A stretch of 59,691 bases of DNA, taken from a virus (Duplodnaviria > Caudoviricetes). Position 1 is the stretch's first letter. Each line of letters starts with the position of its first letter. The notes beneath the pieces were generated by a model. The model searched no databases. It worked only from the letters and a program-made list of their open reading frames with translations, and was not told the origin of the DNA. A program made the translations under genes and the position numbers. Shown piece after piece: positions 27,650 through 35,820 of the stretch. The stretch is from positions 1 through 59,691 of IMG/VR virus record IMGVR_UViG_3300037882_001356, one strand, 5' to 3'.

Positions 27650-28141
27650 TTAGAACGGCGATGGATTGATACCAGTTGTGGTAAACTCCACGCCGGTAAT
27701 ACGAAAACTGAAGTTGTACATACCGCCTGACGTTTGCGTAATGCCTTGCAAGGGGTTGTTCCCCGTCATCACGTATTGGCAAATCAGACCGACGAGATTG
27801 GTGAACCCCAGATAAACGACTCCAGTTCCGTTGAATACCCCATCAGCACCTAATCCATCGTTCGCAAGGTACAACGCCAGAGAATTTGACACCCCGTGAT
27901 TGGCGTCCAAGTCCATCTTGGCGGAAATTCGCCCCGTCCCGCGTGCGAAGCCGGTAATCACCGCTGGCCAATAAAGTCCATATTGGTCAATATCCATGTT
28001 GAAGTGAGGAATATCGCCCTCTTCGACTTCAAGCTGTGCGTCCCAATCGTCGCCGTAGAGCGAGAAAATGTCACCGTTCGCCCCAGCGATGCCGATTACC
28101 CCACGTTTCCCGGCTGCTGGCACAATTACTGTTCCGGCCAT
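27650..28141 (-). CDS. major tail tube protein
   Basis: Synteny, size and beta-rich pattern (DWDAQLEV...ITGFARGTGRIS...YNFSFRITG). Confidence 0.65.
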   Translation of the reverse strand: MAGTVIVPAAGKRGVIGIAGANGDIFSLYGDDWDAQLEVEEGDIPHFNMDIDQYGLYWPAVITGFARGTGRISAKMDLDANHGVSNSLALYLANDGLGADGVFNGTGVVYLGFTNLVGLICQYVMTGNNPLQGITQTSGGMYNFSFRITGVEFTTTGINPSPF

Positions 28142-28152
28142 ATGTTCCGTCC

Positions 28153-28629
28153 TCAACCGTTACGCGGTTCGCTGGTAAAAAACCCTACGGCAAATCGACT
28201 GACTTCAACCCCGGCTTTGAATGGCTGATTTTCCCATTCATAGTTGTTTTCAATCAGGTCCGTGTCAAACACTTCCGGCACATACGCACTCACACCAAAC
28301 GGCGGGTACGTATTCAACGCTTGCTTCGCTTGCAGGATAAACGACGGGTTCACATCATCGCCCGCTAAATCCGCCAAGTTTGACCCGTAGACCGTAATCC
28401 CAATCGTGTAACCCTTCTGCACGCTGCCCGCATATTGCGGAGTTGACACGCCACCTAAGGAGCCGCGATTCGTTTGTGATTCCGGTCCGTTGGTCACAAT
28501 CACAATGGTCGTGGGGTCACGCGATTCCATCGCATCGGTTTTCCGCCAGACACACGGGCAACCACTTGGCGTCATCCCCGAAAGGATCGTCACCACGGCT
28601 TCGGCGATAGATGAGGAGTATGATGGCAT
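28153..28629 (-). CDS. tail terminator/completion protein
   Basis: Synteny upstream of the tube gene; 158 aa. Confidence 0.55.
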   Translation of the reverse strand: MPSYSSSIAEAVVTILSGMTPSGCPCVWRKTDAMESRDPTTIVIVTNGPESQTNRGSLGGVSTPQYAGSVQKGYTIGITVYGSNLADLAGDDVNPSFILQAKQALNTYPPFGVSAYVPEVFDTDLIENNYEWENQPFKAGVEVSRFAVGFFTSEPRNG

Positions 28630-28632
28630 CGG

Positions 28633-29295
28633 TTATTCATACCCCACGTTACTCGTAATTGACCATCCCGTTGTTGGTGGATCAGAATCTCCACACGACA
28701 TGAATACCTTTCCTACCGTCACGCCCGCAAACGGGTTCGTAACGTCCGACACCGACGTTGCAATCCACGGGACTGCTGCTCGATACGTCGAGGGGATGAG
28801 GTAGGTAGCAATCACGGTGTTATCGGATTGGGTGAACGTGATTCGACTTGAGGCCGTGGTGCAAAGCGATTGACAGAAAATCCATTGAGCGTTATTTCCC
28901 GTGATCGCCGTCGTCTCCGAGTTAGGGACCATCGCCGTTAACGCTGTGTTCGCGACCGGAAGATTGTCACCTGCTCCGAGGTCAATTGGCACACTCACCC
29001 CTGAGACGGTCCCTACCGTGACTTGGTATCGTGACCCATCGGCCCAATAAATGTCCAGTTTCGCACCGGTTGTTATCGTGTGGGCAGGGTCCGTGATCGT
29101 AATCGTTCCCGTGTTATCGTCCGTCCGCGTTGTCAATGCACCTGCCCATGCGGGATCAATTGCCGACTCGGATGTTCCGCCCACGACGACGGACACAGGC
29201 CATGAAGCATTGGCGGACACTTCCCCCGTTGGAACGCAGGAGAATGACTGCCCGTTCACACTGGTCTGAAGATTAATCGTTGGTGTAATCGGCAT
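28633..29295 (-). CDS. virion structural protein
   Basis: Thr-rich beta protein in the neck region. Confidence 0.6.
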   Translation of the reverse strand: MPITPTINLQTSVNGQSFSCVPTGEVSANASWPVSVVVGGTSESAIDPAWAGALTTRTDDNTGTITITDPAHTITTGAKLDIYWADGSRYQVTVGTVSGVSVPIDLGAGDNLPVANTALTAMVPNSETTAITGNNAQWIFCQSLCTTASSRITFTQSDNTVIATYLIPSTYRAAVPWIATSVSDVTNPFAGVTVGKVFMSCGDSDPPTTGWSITSNVGYE

Positions 29296-29304
29296 CGCTC
29301 ACCC

Positions 29305-29661
29305 TCAAGCATTGGTCAGTTTCGTTACAACACAATCGTAAACCGCATAACTCATTGCCTCATCAGCATTTAAGCGAGAGGTAACTTTCGTAATCAAGTA
29401 CGCCGTCCCATCGGCGAGCGTCCACGTATCATCCGACTTCGGCGGGTATGTCTCGCCTTCCCGATAGGCGGTAATCATGTCGCCACTCACGGGATAACCA
29501 CTGCCACCGATGCCGCTGGTGTCGGGGTTCGGCCACACGTAGAGGTATTGGTAGGCTACCGTCGTCGTGTGGTCGGGGTTCAGTGCCAGCGTACCCGTAA
29601 CGAGTTTCCAGCCCTGTTTCGAGCGGTCAGCAATCACGGTTCCAGCGTCCCCAAACGGCAT
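29305..29661 (-). CDS. head closure/stopper-like protein
   Basis: 118 aa; PKSDDTWTLADGTAYLITKV pattern; synteny. Confidence 0.55.
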   Translation of the reverse strand: MPFGDAGTVIADRSKQGWKLVTGTLALNPDHTTTVAYQYLYVWPNPDTSGIGGSGYPVSGDMITAYREGETYPPKSDDTWTLADGTAYLITKVTSRLNADEAMSYAVYDCVVTKLTNA

Positions 29662-29664
29662 TAA

Positions 29665-29883
29665 CTACCTCAATATTGCTTTTACCTTCTGATCAAAAGA
29701 CAACTTAGACCACTCGATGTATTTCTTAATTTGCCTCTCCATACAGAGCGATGCTTTTTCTGGAGAAGAACAATAGTAAGCGACAACCCATTCGCCGAAG
29801 TGGAGGCGTTGCACCTGATGTGATGGTTTGGCCACCACGCGGTACAATTTTCTTGCCTCTCGCTCAACCTTTGTCATATCCAC
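29665..29883 (-). CDS. small hypothetical insert
   Basis: Basic 72-aa ORF filling the gap between neck genes. Confidence 0.5.
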   Translation of the reverse strand: MDMTKVEREARKLYRVVAKPSHQVQRLHFGEWVVAYYCSSPEKASLCMERQIKKYIEWSKLSFDQKVKAILR

Positions 29884-30948
29884 TTATCCTAGCAACATTT
29901 CCGCCGAACGGTAGTTGTTTACGACCATCTGCACGGAACCAAGTTTCTTTTCCTCATCCGTGTACGGTCCCAACGAGTAGGAATACCCTTCGCCCGACTC
30001 GCTCACGAACGACGCCCCACGACTGACAATGTTCAGCCGGTCACGGACAATCGTAAAGACTGCCAGTTTCACATCTTCGGGAACAAGTTGGTAGCCCGCC
30101 GCGTACGTGACCTGAATACAGCCCGGCAAACGCATCGGAATCTTCGTCAGTGTCGCCCACGAACGATTGTATGCCGAACCAAATGAGCCATCCGACGCCC
30201 AGCCCCACGGTAACGTTTGCGGGAGCGTGGATTGTTGGTTGTAGTTGTTGAACCTCAGAATCCCCGAATAACTCGCCCCGTCGTTACGAAAGCTATTCAG
30301 GTCAATCGAGTAGTTCCCTTCCTCAACGATGGTATCTTCGCCAAACGTGTCGGGAATCTGACCATACCCTCCGTTCTGGTCAACCTTTACTTCGTTGATG
30401 CACCACACGGGCTGCCGTCGTAATTGGATGCCGCCGTCCGGCCACGAATCGAAATACTCCACGATGTCAGGATCGTAGGTTAACTTGCGTCCAATGGCGT
30501 TCGTGAGTGCCGATTCTGCCGCTCCGAGTAGTTGCAACGTTTGACGTAGGAACGTGTCGGTAATCGTCCCCGTCATGCCCAGAAACGCCATGTACTCGGA
30601 GAAGTTCGTGAGTGTTGGTCCACCGAGTTCACCCGATTGCCGAATCTGGAACCCCGAAACGTCCACGATGGGAGCTTGACTACCCGTATCCGTTCGCCAG
30701 AAGTCCCAGCAGTACAAGCCCTGCAAGTCGAGGTCTTCACCGCTCCACGCAATCGACCATACGCCCGTTGCGGTGTTCGTCGCCGTGACGGTTCCCGTGG
30801 CAAGGATGGGACCGCCTGCGTAGGAGTAGAGGTTCGCCGACACGTCCCAGCCAACGATGGATTGTGCCGTCGCCAGCGTGACCGTATTGGTCAGGTCTTG
30901 CCCACGGTCGGCAACGATGTACGACGATGCTACGGTTGCCAAGCCCAT
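29884..30948 (-). CDS. head-tail adaptor (gp6-like) with N-terminal BppU-like domain
   Basis: C-part IQVTYAAGYQLVPEDVKLAV...SESGEGYSYS; N-part resembles 17046-17384. Confidence 0.75.
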   Translation of the reverse strand: MGLATVASSYIVADRGQDLTNTVTLATAQSIVGWDVSANLYSYAGGPILATGTVTATNTATGVWSIAWSGEDLDLQGLYCWDFWRTDTGSQAPIVDVSGFQIRQSGELGGPTLTNFSEYMAFLGMTGTITDTFLRQTLQLLGAAESALTNAIGRKLTYDPDIVEYFDSWPDGGIQLRRQPVWCINEVKVDQNGGYGQIPDTFGEDTIVEEGNYSIDLNSFRNDGASYSGILRFNNYNQQSTLPQTLPWGWASDGSFGSAYNRSWATLTKIPMRLPGCIQVTYAAGYQLVPEDVKLAVFTIVRDRLNIVSRGASFVSESGEGYSYSLGPYTDEEKKLGSVQMVVNNYRSAEMLLG

Positions 30949-30957
30949 TTCGGAACC

Positions 30958-31539
30958 TTATGGGACGTAAGTAAACGCGGTCGGAGTAATGTAACAACCA
31001 AGTCGCGTAATCGTGCTAATGTTCGTGATCATGATGTAGTACCACGTCGCCCGCGATACGTCCATTTGCAGCTGAACGGGTTGATCGTTTTCCGTGCCGC
31101 CGATGAGGTTGAACAACTGCCCCTGCTGTTGTGCTCCCGTAATCGTCGAGAGGTCGAACAATCGCCACGTTACTGATGCCGTTGCTTCGCCCGTATACGG
31201 GTTAACGTTCGCGACGGTTCCCGCTGTGGTGATGCTCTTGAGCGAATCAGACGCGAACGGCTGAGCCAATGCCCCCGACGCCTGAATCAAGCCAAACTCT
31301 ACCGCCACAGTTACATCTGCCGCCCCGACGCCCGCAAAGTCAATCAGGATGGCGGGGACGCTTGCCCTCGGAGCGTACACCCCGCCGATCGTTGCCCCGG
31401 AACCGTTGAGGATCGGAGCAACCTGGTTACTTCCTGCACTCGGAAGCGTGCAAGTATTCGTGCCGGGAAAGAGCAAGTTCGCCAGCGTTGTACCCGCTGC
31501 GGTTGCGTCGAAAAGCGTGATAGGTGCTTGTCGGAACAT
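30958..31539 (-). CDS. virion protein, paralog A
   Basis: Shares NTCTLP, API.NGSGATIGGV and YITPTAFT with 31546-32154. Confidence 0.7.
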   Translation of the reverse strand: MFRQAPITLFDATAAGTTLANLLFPGTNTCTLPSAGSNQVAPILNGSGATIGGVYAPRASVPAILIDFAGVGAADVTVAVEFGLIQASGALAQPFASDSLKSITTAGTVANVNPYTGEATASVTWRLFDLSTITGAQQQGQLFNLIGGTENDQPVQLQMDVSRATWYYIMITNISTITRLGCYITPTAFTYVP

Positions 31540-31545
31540 CGTTTC

Positions 31546-32154
31546 TCACGCTGCTGGAGGTAAGGGGATGAAGGTAAACGCGGTGGGGGTGATGTATACG
31601 GACAATTGGCTTACGGTAAAATCCGCCACGGAAATTGCATAGTACCAGCTAAATTGACTCACGTCTATTTGCGATAAGCATAGAGATTGCACTAACGCGT
31701 CGGAGGTTAGCAAATAAACAGGGTCATAGTTCCCGTATTCGGTAATCAAAGAAGACGCCTCGGAAAAGCACAGATTCCATATCCCGCCGTCATCTGATTC
31801 GCCAGTTACAGGATTTATGTCTTCAAATTGTTGTGCCGTCGCCGTAAACTGGAATTTGACTAGCGGCTGAGACATACCACCAGACGCCAACAATCCGCCA
31901 AATTCTACCGCCCCGACTTGATCGTCACCGCTCACAACACAAATCGCATTGATTACAGCACTTGGGGTATTGTTGCTTGCAGCCCAAACGCCTCCAATCG
32001 TTGCCCCACTACCGTTGACAATCGGAGCGACTCCGCCACTTCCAAACGCTGGCAACGTGCAAGTATTACCGCTTCCGGGGAAGATGGTCTTAGCAAGACT
32101 ACTCCCCGCAGCGGTGGCACGAAACCATTCAGTCGGTTGTGGCGGTCGAAACAT
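31546..32154 (-). CDS. virion protein, paralog B
   Basis: Tandem paralog of 30958-31539. Confidence 0.7.
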   Translation of the reverse strand: MFRPPQPTEWFRATAAGSSLAKTIFPGSGNTCTLPAFGSGGVAPIVNGSGATIGGVWAASNNTPSAVINAICVVSGDDQVGAVEFGGLLASGGMSQPLVKFQFTATAQQFEDINPVTGESDDGGIWNLCFSEASSLITEYGNYDPVYLLTSDALVQSLCLSQIDVSQFSWYYAISVADFTVSQLSVYITPTAFTFIPLPPAA

Positions 32155-32162
32155 GTCGTCCC

Positions 32163-32336
32163 CTACGTCGGGTTCACTTCCGGTTCGTACTTCTTCTTCA
32201 ACTCTTGCACGTCATTCAACGCCTGAACCGTAGACTCTTGAGATTTCCTTAACTTGTCCCGCAGCAACTCGTTTTCAATTGCCATACGGCCAATTTTCTC
32301 AAACAATTTCTCCTCTTCAATATTCGACGGTTCCAT
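32163..32336 (-). CDS. small coiled-coil protein
   Basis: SD-like AGGGTG before ATG. Confidence 0.55.
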   Translation of the reverse strand: MEPSNIEEEKLFEKIGRMAIENELLRDKLRKSQESTVQALNDVQELKKKYEPEVNPT

Positions 32337-32350
32337 GTATTGCACCCTAC

Positions 32351-32389
32351 AAAGAAAAAGCCAGCGACGGACGACGCCGCACGCTGGCT
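32351..32389 (-). terminator. rho-independent terminator after the capsid genes
   Basis: AGCCAGCG/CGCTGGCT stem plus a T-rich tail on the minus strand. Confidence 0.65.
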
Positions 32390-32406
32390 AACGTAATCAA
32401 TTTTGC

Positions 32407-32850
32407 TTAGGCTTCGTAGTTGGCGTTGTCGTTGACCCACCCACCGAAATCGGAAGGCAAGTACTTTTGCTGTGCGATAAACCAGCTAACGACGTTGATC
32501 GACGTACCGCTGTTGAGCGTCCCGAACAACCGCACGTATCGCTGTACCACGTTGAACGACAACACTTGGTACGTTTGCACAGCGGTAAATGCCGTGGTTG
32601 CAACCGTGTTTCCCAAATTGTCGGTGAGGTCTGTCCACGTCGTGCCGTCAATCGACTGTTGCACTTTGAACGTGACATTCCCCGCACCCGTAACCGTGGT
32701 ACAGAAGATTGCAACCGAGATTCGATCCGCACCCGCGTCATTGAGGTCAACCGTGGTCAAACCAGCGGTCGAGCTAACGGCGGAACTCCATGTATTGCCG
32801 CTTGTGTTGGCAACCACGAGGTTTTTCACATCTTCGATGATGTTTGGCAT
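32407..32850 (-). CDS. capsid decoration protein candidate
   Basis: Directly after the major capsid gene; VTFKVQQSIDGTTWTD...QRYVRL jelly-roll pattern. Confidence 0.65.
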   Translation of the reverse strand: MPNIIEDVKNLVVANTSGNTWSSAVSSTAGLTTVDLNDAGADRISVAIFCTTVTGAGNVTFKVQQSIDGTTWTDLTDNLGNTVATTAFTAVQTYQVLSFNVVQRYVRLFGTLNSGTSINVVSWFIAQQKYLPSDFGGWVNDNANYEA

Positions 32851-32902
32851 GCTATGTACCTACTGGTTAATGACTTACGATAACTCAACGCCGGTTTATT
32901 TC

Positions 32903-34342
32903 TTAGTTGGGCAAAACATCATCGTACCGAACGAATGCACCCGGATAACGGAAGGCCACGTCGCCGTAGGCAATCCCACGAATACCCGTTTGATCCGCGA
33001 AAAACATCTGTTCGCCAACTGCCCGGCTGAACTCAACAGCCCCGAACATCCCGATAAGACATTGGTTCCACATCCCGCCCCAAATCTGGGTCAGGTTGGT
33101 TGCCCCACCCTTCGCAGCGGTGTTCGTGACTTGTGCCGAGCGAACCACGTCCATCCCCGCCCAACGCGAGGCGACAGGATCGCCAAACGCCTTGAGGATT
33201 TCGACATACGTTCCGCTTTGATCCCCAGCGGTCACGGCATCAGCCCGCGTTGCCGCGAGTGAACGCCACCGACCACCACGCATGACCCACTTGAACCCGT
33301 TGTCCACATCGAAGTTTCGATCTTCGAGATAGCCCATCATGATGTCGCCGTCTTGCGGCAATGGCGTATTACCATTGGCCCCAATCCCACCCGGAGCCGG
33401 TGTTTGGGCTTCATATTGCAGCAATTCGTTCGTGCCCGTGTACATGCTCAGACCCTTCGGACGCCCGTTACCGGGACCGTAAAGGGTTGCGTAGTCGAAG
33501 GTCAACGCCAGCGTGAGAGCCATGTCGCCTTGGAACAGAGCATCGGCAGACTCCGACGCGAACCGGAATAGGTCGTTTGGCACAACCATCGCAATGCCGA
33601 GTTTCTTGGCTTCCAACATCACTTGACCCGTTTTGATGGTAGTCAAGTCAATCGTCGTATTTTCAACAATCCAGTGAGCCACGGACGCGGTTTGTTGCGA
33701 AGCAAAGACTGCTTTGCCCTGTGGCGGGAGACTGATGAACTGTGCCCCGGCCCGGTCCATCATCGATTGGTTCCGCATCAATGGGATCAAACCCATATAT
33801 TCGGGTGGTTTGACCAACGCCCCACCGTAGCTATTATCAAGCCACGATTCGGCGGGAGTTAACGCTGCACGGGCAATCTGTTCGCCACGGTTCCATCCCA
33901 TCCGGCGTGCCATCCACTGCATTTCGGCGGGATCGGCATTGCCAGCGGGAGCCATCGCCGCACGAAGCAAGGAACATTCTTGCGTTTCCGTGACCGAGGC
34001 GGGAAGGTCAGCGAAGGAGATTGGCAACGAGCAAAGGTCGCTTTCGCTATCGAGCGAGTAGCGGCTGTTGGTCGTCGCAGAAAGTGTTTTGTTGAACGCC
34101 TTGAGGAGTTCGTATTCGGGTTTGGCGTTTTCTTTGTTGACTCGTCCCACCATCAAGCCCATCATCTTCACGAAGGACAGACGGCGAGATGTGTTGGCGT
34201 TTTCGCCGCGACGTACCGAAGGAACGCCCCGTGTGCCAGACCCGGTCACATCAGCGGGGTTCGCTGCATACACCGGCTTTGCCATTTCGGTGCGTAAAGA
34301 CTTTACTTCATTGAGAAGTTTCGTCACTTCTGATTCTGCCAT
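32903..34342 (-). CDS. major capsid protein (HK97 fold) with N-terminal extension
   Basis: GGALVKPPE, AHWIVEN, LEAKKLG, DYATLYGPGNGRPKGL, DQTGIRG...DVAFRYPGAF. Confidence 0.92.
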   Translation of the reverse strand: MAESEVTKLLNEVKSLRTEMAKPVYAANPADVTGSGTRGVPSVRRGENANTSRRLSFVKMMGLMVGRVNKENAKPEYELLKAFNKTLSATTNSRYSLDSESDLCSLPISFADLPASVTETQECSLLRAAMAPAGNADPAEMQWMARRMGWNRGEQIARAALTPAESWLDNSYGGALVKPPEYMGLIPLMRNQSMMDRAGAQFISLPPQGKAVFASQQTASVAHWIVENTTIDLTTIKTGQVMLEAKKLGIAMVVPNDLFRFASESADALFQGDMALTLALTFDYATLYGPGNGRPKGLSMYTGTNELLQYEAQTPAPGGIGANGNTPLPQDGDIMMGYLEDRNFDVDNGFKWVMRGGRWRSLAATRADAVTAGDQSGTYVEILKAFGDPVASRWAGMDVVRSAQVTNTAAKGGATNLTQIWGGMWNQCLIGMFGAVEFSRAVGEQMFFADQTGIRGIAYGDVAFRYPGAFVRYDDVLPN

Positions 34343-34377
34343 ATCTTTCTCACCGTAAATGGTTATCAATCAACACG

Positions 34378-35787
34378 TTATGAACGGTTTGCATTAGCCA
34401 ATTGTCGCCGACGAATCGCTTGCATGTTTCGCAACTCAAGCCGCAAGGCTGCAAGGTCTTCGGGGCTAAGTTTGTCTTCTGGTTTGGCGGTCGGAACAAC
34501 TGCCGCCTTAATCACGCCGAAGCGTGCCGGACGATAATTGAACGCCGTTTTTGTCGCCTTCATGATGTCCGCCACTGCTTCCATCTTTTCGGGATTGCTA
34601 GCGGGTTTGGCTTTCTTGCACATGGCCCGCAGTTCTTCCGTCGCCATCGCTGCGGGTCCGCCCTTAACACCTTTGGCTAACAACACATCCGTAAAAATCT
34701 GTTCGATTTGGTGCAAGTGGTCTTGGATATCAGCGAAGGCGGCTAGACCTTGCTCGTCTTCAATGCCCGCTTCGGTCTGGAGTAAGTTGGTGCGAAGGTC
34801 GCGGATCATTTGGTGTCCGTCCATCGCCGCTCGTGGGGTAGGCTTGAGGTCTTCAGGGTCGGCGGATTCGGCTTTCTCAACTTCGCCTTCGTTTTCGTCA
34901 CCGTTGCCTTCTACGTCCGTCTCTGATTCAGCCTCGTCGGGAGTCTCGTCGCCAGACGGGTTCGGTTTTTCCATCTCGTCGTCAACTTCTTCGTTGATCG
35001 ACTCATCTTCGCGGTCTTTGTCTTCTTCGTAATCCATGCTCTCGCCCCGCTTGATGGTAACACCGTTTGACTGAACCTTAGGTGTTAGCATAAACGGGCT
35101 TAGGTCACGTTGCAAGACTTTGTGAAATTTTTCACTAATTATCTTGCCACTCTGTAACGCGACTGTTAGGCGGTCGCGATCAACGAACGATGCTCGTTGA
35201 ACTGATGTCGCAAGTGCTTCGGGGTTAACAGGCAACGCCGTCGCCGAATATTCTTTCAGGAACCATTGCCCGTATTCAAAGCAAGGCTTGCGTTGTCCAC
35301 CAGGAAGAATCTTGTCTTCGATCCGTTTCCATGTTCCGGGAATTGGTAGGGCATTGACGGAAAAGCCGCGAAGGATTTTCTCCGCGTAAAGTGCGAATAC
35401 TTGCTGTGCAAATTGCGACGACTGAGAAAACTTGGTAGCAGCGGTGACGAGCAACGGAGTAACGTTCACCCCGTATTGGCCTTGCTCGTCTTCCGCTTTC
35501 CCAACAGGAAGAATGTAACCGGGTGAATCAGGACCGCCCACTCCGATACCATGGTGATACATCACGACGGGGTTGATGCGGTGATAATCGGTGAGGCATC
35601 CACCCGGTACAACGATATCGCCCGCGTTGTCAACGATGTCCGTGCAGATGTCCGCGACAACGATGCACTTGGACTCGTCGATGTTCCGAACGATGGCGGG
35701 AGAATCACCCAGCGGATTGCTAGGGGAAGCGTAAGAGGATAGTTCGTCACTGGTTAGGAGTTGGTCCATTTCTACCAGTGTACACAA
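34378..35787 (-). CDS. HK97-family prohead protease fused to acidic scaffold
   Basis: DNAGDIVVPGG, VMYHH, PVGK, RGFSV, LKEYSATALPVNPEA; D/E-rich C-half. Confidence 0.88.
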   Translation of the reverse strand: MCTLVEMDQLLTSDELSSYASPSNPLGDSPAIVRNIDESKCIVVADICTDIVDNAGDIVVPGGCLTDYHRINPVVMYHHGIGVGGPDSPGYILPVGKAEDEQGQYGVNVTPLLVTAATKFSQSSQFAQQVFALYAEKILRGFSVNALPIPGTWKRIEDKILPGGQRKPCFEYGQWFLKEYSATALPVNPEALATSVQRASFVDRDRLTVALQSGKIISEKFHKVLQRDLSPFMLTPKVQSNGVTIKRGESMDYEEDKDREDESINEEVDDEMEKPNPSGDETPDEAESETDVEGNGDENEGEVEKAESADPEDLKPTPRAAMDGHQMIRDLRTNLLQTEAGIEDEQGLAAFADIQDHLHQIEQIFTDVLLAKGVKGGPAAMATEELRAMCKKAKPASNPEKMEAVADIMKATKTAFNYRPARFGVIKAAVVPTAKPEDKLSPEDLAALRLELRNMQAIRRRQLANANRS

Positions 35788-35820
35788 AATGAAGGCGACT
35801 TTGTGAAAAAAATCACAAAG

